Shown here: positions 18,061 to 24,936 of the stretch, in pieces
Position numbering within the stretch: the first letter of the stretch is position 1
How the letters are laid out: every line of letters starts with the position of its first letter
Source of the DNA: Candidatus Poribacteria bacterium
Lineage (GTDB): Bacteria; Poribacteria; WGA-4E; UBA9662
Reading direction: 5' to 3'
Length of the DNA: 24,936 nt
Assembly (NCBI GenBank): GCA_046582655.1
Contig: JAYGDX010000237.1
Span: forward strand, 1-24,936
Position numbers and translations under genes: made by a program
The notes under the pieces: model-generated
Seen by the model: the letters and a program-made list of their open reading frames with translations, nothing else
What the model was told of the DNA's origin: nothing
Database searches by the model: none

Positions 18061-18294
18061 GTTGTTCCTCCTAGATACAGTGCACCTAAATTCTATCAAG
18101 TTAACATGACCAGCGCAACGAGAATCGAATTGCGAAAAATACTGCCTGCCCACAGGATGTGGGAATCTAAATAAATTTGACAGATAATAGTAGATTCACG
18201 TTCCAAGCTGGGATAAAATGAATTCAGCTGTTTTGCCAAAGTAAGGTGTTTAGGACAACCAAAATTCAATCTTTCACTTGTTACCAATTGAGGA

Positions 18295-19212
18295 ATGCCA
18301 ATGCGACCTTTTACTTATCTGGGTGATTGCGAAGTCACCTTTCAAAGCCAAAATTTAGGTGAACTCAGGGATTGCAACGATTTGTTGGGCAATAGTTCCG
18401 CTTTACGTTCACAGATGGAAGAAGACGGTTATCTGCTGATCCGTGGTTTGATAAATCGGGATACTGTAATTAAAGCCAGAAGAACAATACTGACGTATGC
18501 TGATGAAAACGGCGAAGTTCCGTTCAAGTCTGATACTGACCTGATAGATGGGGTTTACAATCCAGATGGTCGGCCGTCTCGGACCATGGGTGAAAAAGCC
18601 GTCACGCATCATCCTGATGTTTTGGGGGTTCTGGAAGGAAAAGAACTTTTTAATTTTTTTCAAGGCCTCTTTGATCAACCTGCTAGAACTTTCGATTATA
18701 AGTGGTTACGCATGATGCCGCCTGGCAGAGCAGCCGGTCCCCATTTCGACGTGGTTTACATGGGTCGAGGTTCCCAACGATTACATACTTGCTGGATACC
18801 ATTTGGAGATGTTCCGGTGGAGAAAGGTACTCTGGCTATACTTGTAGGTTCGCATAATCTACCCAGTTTTGACAAGATACGACAAACCTATGGGCAGACT
18901 GATGTCGATCAGGACCACACGCCTGGGCATTTTGGTGCCGACCCGTTAGCGATTAGCGAACAGTTCGGAGGAGCATGGAAAACCGCAGATTTTGAAGCTG
19001 GTGATGTCATCATTTTCACCATGTATACGCTTCATACCTCCACGCGAAACATGTCGGACCAGTGGCGAGTCAGTTGTGACATTCGGTTTCAGCCTGAAAC
19101 CGATTCGGTTGATAACCGATGGGTGGGAGAAAATCCGCTAGCTCACTCGATTCAGGACCAGTCAAAAAAGCCAGTCACCTTTGATGAAGCACGGAAAATT
19201 TGGGGGGTTTAG
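18295..19212 (+). CDS. PhyH-family Fe(II)/2-oxoglutarate dioxygenase (start may be 18301)
   Basis: MEEDGYLLIRG, YKWLR, GPHFDVVYMGRG, CWIPFGD, GDVIIFTMYTLH, RVSCDIRFQ. Confidence 0.9.
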   Translation: MPMRPFTYLGDCEVTFQSQNLGELRDCNDLLGNSSALRSQMEEDGYLLIRGLINRDTVIKARRTILTYADENGEVPFKSDTDLIDGVYNPDGRPSRTMGEKAVTHHPDVLGVLEGKELFNFFQGLFDQPARTFDYKWLRMMPPGRAAGPHFDVVYMGRGSQRLHTCWIPFGDVPVEKGTLAILVGSHNLPSFDKIRQTYGQTDVDQDHTPGHFGADPLAISEQFGGAWKTADFEAGDVIIFTMYTLHTSTRNMSDQWRVSCDIRFQPETDSVDNRWVGENPLAHSIQDQSKKPVTFDEARKIWGV

Positions 19213-19221
19213 CTTTAGAAC

Positions 19222-19264
19222 CTTTGCTTAATGCCACTAGATCAGATATAGCATTTAAGCAAAG
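19222..19264 (+). terminator. Hairpin just after the PhyH stop codon (possible terminator or mRNA stabiliser)
   Basis: ctttgcttaatgc ... gcatttaagcaaag forms a 13-bp stem with one bulge; no clear U-tract. Confidence 0.4.
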
Positions 19265-19911
19265 AGGATTTAAGCTTTCATTTCAGAGTTAGGTAGCGGG
19301 GTAGGACCTGTCAGTCCAATGACGCTATGAAATTGCCAATTTGTCCTCTAATCGATACCTTTTTTCTCCATTGTGGATATCCAGAAACAAGTTAGTGTGT
19401 CCCATATTTTGTAAAGGCATAGGTGATACGCTGGCTGGGCTACTGGTCGCGTTACTAGGAAAGATCCGAGCTAGACCAAGCTGATCTCACCTACCTTTGA
19501 AGACAACCAACGGCAAAAACAGGACTGTTAAGGGCAGGAGCCCAAAGGAGGTACCCTGCATTTCAGAAACGTCCAGTTCCTCGAAGATATCCTGAATTAA
19601 ACTGGGCTTTCGTGTTTTCATCTACACAGATACTAGCTGTAACTAACAATGTTGTGCTCGGACGCTAGCTTCAGGTAACGATGATTGGAAATGACAACTA
19701 TTCTCCATCAGGTGAGTTGTTAATAACAAGATAAGTACGAATCTTTGTGCCAGCGGATATGCTGTCAAGCTGAAACTTTGCAACATCTATTTGCTTGACA
19801 TCGCTTTGCATGAAGGTAAATGATATTCTTTTCGCTGGATGGAAATAGCAGGATTCCTTATTTGATATACAGTGTCGTTATTAGCTTTCAAAAGCGGGAG
19901 AGATCAAAAAA

Positions 19912-22542
19912 CTAGTTTAACAATCCCTTAAAGAAATTGAGTCCTTGTGCCAAACTGCTTTCAATAACACCTAACGGGTCGCTGAGTGTTACAGGCGGAG
20001 ATGTGGCTCTTGAGTTTGTTTTAACAGGATCGAGCGGCTGTCCGTTGTCTTGAGAAGTATAGAGATGAGTGCACTGTGCCATCAGTGCTTTATAGCCTGC
20101 TGTATCAAAGCGAACCATAATCCGGATTTCTTGGTTGCTTTCATTAATCGCGATAATCTGTCCGCTACCGAACTGCTGATGCCATACCAATTGGCCGGTG
20201 GAAAGGTCATCCAAATTCAACTTTCTTCTCGAACCTGTTGCGTTAGTTATATCTCCATCCACAGGGATATCTGTATTGCCTTGCACAGCTTCAATCTCTG
20301 CCATTTGGTTTTCCAGTTCCCTGAGTAGAGAGTTGAACCTGTTTTTGAAGTCGAGTCCCGGTTTCCACCAGTTCGAAAAATAGTGCTGTAATCCGGTTGC
20401 TTTCTCTACTCCCATACAAACAAGGATCACATCTTCTTGATTCAGATCGGTTGTTGGTTTACTCAGTATATTTTTGATCTGGTTACACGTATCAACTAGA
20501 TCTTCTGCTCTGGCTTCCTCCAGAAATTGCGACGGTCTACGTGTTTTTTCTGATAGCAGATAGAGCATTTTCTGCGACCGGGTAATGGCAACATAGAATA
20601 GACGGCGCTCTTCTTCTGGAACCGGCTCGTCGGCAGTAAGGCTATCGAAAAGGCTGTTGGTTGGATAAGTAGCCTTGCGCACAGGTATGAACCCATCATT
20701 GCAATTGGGGATGAACACAACCGGCCATTCCAGTCCTTTTGCTCGGTGCATGGAAGTAATTTTCAGCCAATCTTCATCCGCGTCTTCATCCAGTCGCCCG
20801 AAAGAGATCTTTTTTACGTATTCCAAAAGGGCCGGGCATGTCTGGTGGCCATCGGCAAAACTGATAAGAGCATTGACTGTTTGTACCTTGCTTTCCCCAA
20901 GTTCTTCTATTGCGCTATGCTTTCTCAGGTAGTCCTGATAGTCCAGAGTATCGACTAGCCAAGCCAGAGTTTCGTTGGCGGGCTGATCAAGCCGATTTAT
21001 AAGTTGTTCAATAACGGTTATGAAACCTTCGGCTTGATGACGTGTACGATTATGCATGCGAATCGTCGATGCCATCAACGGGTCGATGATGGAAGTTTTC
21101 TGCCTAGTGGCTTTGGCACATACCTCTTCAATGATTTCCCTTTTGATGTATCGCGCCGGTATCTGGATGATTCTTTGGAAACGGTTGACGTAATGCAGCT
21201 GTTCTGTTCTTGACTTGAACCATTCATCCGTCTGGACTTTGCGTTCCAGTTGTGCCCAGTAGAGATAACTGAGTAAGGTACTGATTTCGTTCCTCTTATA
21301 GAATGGTTGATTGCCTTGAATCTGGTAGGGAATTTGGTGCTCAATTAAAACGGCTTCAATAAAAGGGGTTTGAGCATAGCTACGAACCAAAATGACCATC
21401 TCATTTGTACGCCAATCCTGATTTTGTAGTGCTCGGATCTCTTTGACAATATACTCAGCTATCTGGAAACTGTTGTTACAACTGACAACCTGTGTGGTAC
21501 CGTCAAATCCCTGCGTTAAGCTTATTTTTTTTGACTTCCTGTTCTGGTTATGGGCAATCAGCGAATTGGCTAGTGTTGTTTGTTGGGCAGGAGACCGAAA
21601 GTTTTCCGTAATCAGGTATTCTTTGGCCTCATACACTTGTTTGAAATCGAGAAAATACCTGGGATTGGCTCCTCGCCAGGTATAAATGCACTGATCATCA
21701 TCCCCGATAACCATATAGTTCCGATTCTTTTCAGTAATGATATCAAGGATAAGATATTGGACTAAACTGACGTCTTGAAATTCATCGATTAACACGTATT
21801 GGTACATAGATTGAGCCAAACTCCGTACTTCAGCGAACCTCACCAACACTTCCCAGCCTTTAATCAACATATCGTCAAAGGTAATCCAATTGTTGCCTTG
21901 ACGTTCTTCTTCGTAGTACTGGTACAACAATATGAAATCCGAGTTTGGGTGCTCGGCCTGCGTCGCCTGCGCCAACGGTTTTTCCTGTAATTGATAGATT
22001 TGGACAGAATCTTTTTGATCATTCGTAACTTGGAATGCCGATGTTAATGCGTGATGTGGCAAGTCAGCGGCATCTAAGTCATAATAGGCAAGATTCTGTT
22101 TCCAGGTGCTGATCTGATTTTCCAGTTCATCCACGTCAATTCCCAAGGCAAAAACATCACAACTTCTTTCTCGTGCCATTCGTTTGAGCGCACGTTCTGC
22201 CAGAATGGTATTAAGATTCGGTTTGACATCTTGTTCGTTGCTTTTTTCCCAGAGGGCTTTATCTTCGGCCAGTCGGATGAGTTTCAGTCCCAGTGAGTGT
22301 AGGGTCCGACAATCAACTCCAGTGACCTGCTGGGTTGTTAGTTTTACTTGTATCTCTTCAACGGTAGCTCGGCTGAATGAACTAGCTAATATATGCCCAG
22401 GCGCAACTTTTCTATCATGTACCAAGTGCTGGATGCGATTGACCATTGAGGTGGTTTTCCCGGCACCAGCCACGGCGAAAACCAACGCTGGACCTTGGTC
22501 ATGATTGACAATTGCTTGCTGTTCTTCCGTTAGCTGAACCAT
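19912..22542 (-). CDS. SF1A ATP-dependent DNA helicase, UvrD/PcrA/Rep family, with C-terminal Tudor-like domain (likely start 22542, not 22755)
   Basis: MVQLTEEQ (Q motif), AVAGAGKT, TLHS, IDEFQD, GDDDQCIYTWRGA, ENFRS, SMHRAKGLEW, EEERRLFYVAITR; C-terminal GQLVWHQQFGSGQI...VRFDTAGYK. Confidence 0.93.
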   Translation of the reverse strand: MVQLTEEQQAIVNHDQGPALVFAVAGAGKTTSMVNRIQHLVHDRKVAPGHILASSFSRATVEEIQVKLTTQQVTGVDCRTLHSLGLKLIRLAEDKALWEKSNEQDVKPNLNTILAERALKRMARERSCDVFALGIDVDELENQISTWKQNLAYYDLDAADLPHHALTSAFQVTNDQKDSVQIYQLQEKPLAQATQAEHPNSDFILLYQYYEEERQGNNWITFDDMLIKGWEVLVRFAEVRSLAQSMYQYVLIDEFQDVSLVQYLILDIITEKNRNYMVIGDDDQCIYTWRGANPRYFLDFKQVYEAKEYLITENFRSPAQQTTLANSLIAHNQNRKSKKISLTQGFDGTTQVVSCNNSFQIAEYIVKEIRALQNQDWRTNEMVILVRSYAQTPFIEAVLIEHQIPYQIQGNQPFYKRNEISTLLSYLYWAQLERKVQTDEWFKSRTEQLHYVNRFQRIIQIPARYIKREIIEEVCAKATRQKTSIIDPLMASTIRMHNRTRHQAEGFITVIEQLINRLDQPANETLAWLVDTLDYQDYLRKHSAIEELGESKVQTVNALISFADGHQTCPALLEYVKKISFGRLDEDADEDWLKITSMHRAKGLEWPVVFIPNCNDGFIPVRKATYPTNSLFDSLTADEPVPEEERRLFYVAITRSQKMLYLLSEKTRRPSQFLEEARAEDLVDTCNQIKNILSKPTTDLNQEDVILVCMGVEKATGLQHYFSNWWKPGLDFKNRFNSLLRELENQMAEIEAVQGNTDIPVDGDITNATGSRRKLNLDDLSTGQLVWHQQFGSGQIIAINESNQEIRIMVRFDTAGYKALMAQCTHLYTSQDNGQPLDPVKTNSRATSPPVTLSDPLGVIESSLAQGLNFFKGLLN

Positions 22543-22649
22543 CTCTGTTTGCCTACTTAATTTGACAACGTGTGCAATTTTGCATAAATAATGGACTGAT
22601 GTGTATCCTAAGCCTAGAATCGGGATAGCAGCGTCAGTAAAGTCCTTCC

Positions 22650-23885
22650 TCAATAGCCTCGTTCTAAAAAAAAGGGATGTATCACCTCGTTGTAATTTCC
22701 ACCACCACATCGGTAGCCGCCCATCCAGAAGTAGGGAACGGCACCACGACGACACATCTCATCTACAAACTGCGCGATCAGCATATACATGATGATGTTG
22801 TTGAGGACACCAGTGGCGGGGCATACTTTGTCAGCACAACTGGGAATGGCAATGATTCCAGCGGGTTCATAACAGCAATCGTCGAAATAAACATCGCAGC
22901 GATCCTGCAATCCATGGTTATTAGAGGGACCAATACCGATAATATAATTGCCGTTGGCGCGTGCTTCCTCTGCCCAAGCGATGTCTTGCGGATCGCTGTC
23001 GCTGACCGCGGCAATCAGGAAAGTATCTGTGTTGCCTCCTTCATCAGCTGGACGTGGAGAGAAAGCATTTGCCAGCATCAAACCCTGAGCCACGGTACTC
23101 GCTTCACTCTCGATGCCAAGGTTGCGACTCCGCACAGTATAGTGTCCGCCATCGATGATCCGTTTTGCAATTGTTACAGCAGTTGCGTTTAAACAATCCA
23201 GATCCCTCGTGTGTACATTAGCGATGCGTTGCAAGAGAATATCGACATATTGGCGTCCAATGTTTCCATCTGGTGTCTTCTCCGTTGCCAGTGCGTGGGC
23301 CACTTCAGCGGTGATCATCCAGTGAATTGTGCAGGAACCGTTCGATGATCCCGGACAGATTGTCATTTCAGGGATCTCAGGCGCATGTACCAACCCCTGA
23401 TACCAGGGGATATGTGAATCAATAACGCGTGAGGCTACATCTTCCGGCATCCAATCATGCACATTGGGATTAACCTTTCCTTGGGGAGCATTACGGTTAT
23501 TAACGTAGCAGGTTGTAAACACCACAACATAGATTCCGGCGTCCCGAGCAGCACGTACTGGTTCACTCACATTGTTGGTCAGTAAGACATCCCCCGCACG
23601 CATAGCGGCGAACTGCTCTGGCGTGCACGAATCTGCGCCGGTGAATTCGAAAAAATCCGGATTGCCTTCGCGATCATTTGCCAACTCATGTGTCGGCATG
23701 TGGCCTGTTGTCACATTGGCATAGACTGTATGACCGCCACGGAGTGCATCTGTAGCCTTAGCGGCAATTTCCGCCAGAATCCCAGCGTCATCACGAATGT
23801 TTCTTAATAGCTGGACGGCATTTTGATAATACTCTTCTCCAAAAGCGATGTTGTGCCCCCAATTGTGTGATGGATTAAGGTTCAT
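22650..23885 (-). CDS. Uncharacterised protein with two similar halves, SIS (sugar-isomerase)-like
   Basis: Two parallel halves: YYQNAVQLL..IAAKATDALRGGHTVY...ICPGSS and YVDILLQRI..IAKRIIDGGHY...VCPATGVLN...LIAQFVDEM..RG. Long intact ORF; fold assignment by pattern only. Confidence 0.55.
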   Translation of the reverse strand: MNLNPSHNWGHNIAFGEEYYQNAVQLLRNIRDDAGILAEIAAKATDALRGGHTVYANVTTGHMPTHELANDREGNPDFFEFTGADSCTPEQFAAMRAGDVLLTNNVSEPVRAARDAGIYVVVFTTCYVNNRNAPQGKVNPNVHDWMPEDVASRVIDSHIPWYQGLVHAPEIPEMTICPGSSNGSCTIHWMITAEVAHALATEKTPDGNIGRQYVDILLQRIANVHTRDLDCLNATAVTIAKRIIDGGHYTVRSRNLGIESEASTVAQGLMLANAFSPRPADEGGNTDTFLIAAVSDSDPQDIAWAEEARANGNYIIGIGPSNNHGLQDRCDVYFDDCCYEPAGIIAIPSCADKVCPATGVLNNIIMYMLIAQFVDEMCRRGAVPYFWMGGYRCGGGNYNEVIHPFFLERGY

Positions 23886-24003
23886 GGCTGATATGTCTTT
23901 TCGTAGGTAATAATGAGACTGATTAACTCTTTCGTTGCTTTCTTCTCTCTTCTCTTGGAACTCGCACAGTTACAGTTGCTTGGGTTTTTTTAATAGCCGT
24001 ACC

Positions 24004-24033
24004 ATTATATGCGAGCATGACCGTATTCTTCAA
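24004..24033 (-). promoter_or_regulatory. Putative sigma70 promoter for the 23885 gene
   Basis: Minus strand TTGAAG-18 nt-TATAAT. Confidence 0.5.
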
Positions 24034-24126
24034 CCAATGTATCGTGACTAATTACAGTTTTCAACAAGAAATCAGATGATATGAAATTTGTTCCTTCTCA
24101 TCTGGAGTAGATGATTTGTCCTTTAG

Positions 24127-24936
24127 TAGGGTATCTAAAAACTCTAAGTTGAGTTCATTGCAAGTGGCCTAAGCATGAGTTGTATCATGACAATATAAAT
24201 CATATTTTCACTTGAGCTAACCAAATATTGATAGTCTTTACTCAATCGACGATACCCATAAAGCCAAGCAAATGTACATTCAACAATCCATCGTTTTGGG
24301 ACTACTGTAAATCCTATAACATCATCCGAACGTTTCACTATTTCCAGTCTCCAGCCACAGATATCCTTGACCCAAGCAATTAATTTACCTGCATATCCAC
24401 CATCGGCCCAGATCAGTGTTAATCGAGTGGCCGTAACGGCTACTTTTTGTAGCACCCATTTGGCACCATCTGGTCTGTCCGCAGGTTGGACTGATAGGCT
24501 TCGAATTAATCCCAACGTATCAACCAGAATATGGCGCTTTCTTCCCTTTATTTTTTTGCCTGCATCATAGCCTTTGGGCCCCCTCTTTCTGTCGTTTTTA
24601 TCGACTGACTATCAAATAATCCCTGCACTGGGTTCTTGATGCCTTCCGGCCTGTTCTCGAACTTCCTGACGTAACTTTTCATGAATCCTCTGCCAAAGAC
24701 CGCTTTTCTTCCATTCCTACCCATACACACTTTTCCAGGGAGGAAAGTCATTGGGAAGCATTGGCCATGAACACCCTCCTCTGGAAGTGTAAAATACCGC
24801 ATTCACCACCTCTCTTAATCTCATATCTCCTTGGGCCACCTGTTTTTTTCGCCGAGGGAATTCGTCTTTGATTATCTCCCATTCCTTATCACTCATATCA
24901 CTGGGGTATTTTTTATCCATACCATGATTTTAGCCC
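24127..24936 (-). mobile_element. Decayed IS5-family insertion sequence (IS1031-like group); transposase pseudogene at 24144-24920
   Basis: YPSDMSDKEW, VNAVFY..RGGCSWPMLPNDFPPW, DSQS, GYDAGKKIKGRKRHILVDTLG, WADGGY, KRWIVECTFAWL...RRLSKDY. In-frame TAG at 24717-24719 plus two frameshifts (about 24612 and 24572). Candidate terminal IR tagggtatctaaaaact at 24127-24143; the other end is probably outside the window. Confidence 0.92.

Noticed and set aside
18061..18153. N-terminal extension of the 443-aa oxidoreductase ORF
   Set aside because: Lies upstream of a perfect RBS and of the homologous N-terminus; probably not translated.
19487..19621. 44-aa minus-strand ORF with a hydrophobic C-terminus (MKTRKPSL...LLPLTVLFLPLVVFKGR)
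   Set aside because: No clear RBS or family resemblance; cannot be distinguished from chance.
22543..22755. N-terminal 71 codons of the 947-aa helicase ORF
   Set aside because: Overlaps the upstream gene's 3' end and has no helicase features; the family N-terminus begins at MVQLTEEQ (22542).
7346..23192. Numerous short overlapping ORFs from the track (e.g. 8473-8910, 12836-13255, 13283-13705, 16421-16771, 22677-23192)
   Set aside because: Antisense or alternate-frame shadows of well-supported genes, without motifs or ribosome-binding sites.
19912..23885. Helicase-based anti-phage system (Gabija-like or similar)
   Set aside because: No adjacent nuclease, ATPase or TOPRIM partner; the helicase has a Tudor tail typical of repair and transcription-coupled UvrD/PcrA.
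24548..24802. Programmed frameshift producing an active IS5 transposase
   Set aside because: An in-frame stop plus two separate frameshifts are present, which indicates decay rather than a single programmed shift.
1..24936. CRISPR array, tRNA, rRNA or riboswitch
   Set aside because: No regularly spaced repeats, cloverleaf or recognisable conserved RNA motif seen by eye.

Overview
Bacterial accessory/catabolic region, most consistent with Candidatus Poribacteria or a similar marine lineage. This is an inference from a LamG protein whose repaired tail reads VSPFGKLAIVWAKLK, four PhyH-family dioxygenases, a sulfatase and Gfo/Idh/MocA oxidoreductases. The AT-rich left part carries a TPR-methyltransferase, a secreted AhpD/CMD protein, a LamG protein and a GT-C membrane glycosyltransferase, followed by a flagellin remnant fused tail-to-tail with a truncated class III cyclase. 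The middle is a catabolic patchwork: DUF2961/GH172-like protein, beta-propeller hydrolase, M14 peptidase, four PhyH enzymes, a protein phosphatase, a sulfatase and two oxidoreductases, one closely resembling fungal D-galacturonate reductase GaaA. The right end has a UvrD/PcrA-like helicase, a SIS-like protein and a decayed IS5 element. The most notable points are the density of small gene-breaking lesions (23-bp and 8-bp tandem duplications, 1-bp indels, a probable lost start codon, a deletion fusion), a PhyH enzyme with a halogenase-type H-x-A iron motif, and several structured or repeated intergenic elements. I found no CRISPR array, rRNA, tRNA or clearly coherent novel multi-gene system. 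All family assignments come from motif recognition, not database searches.
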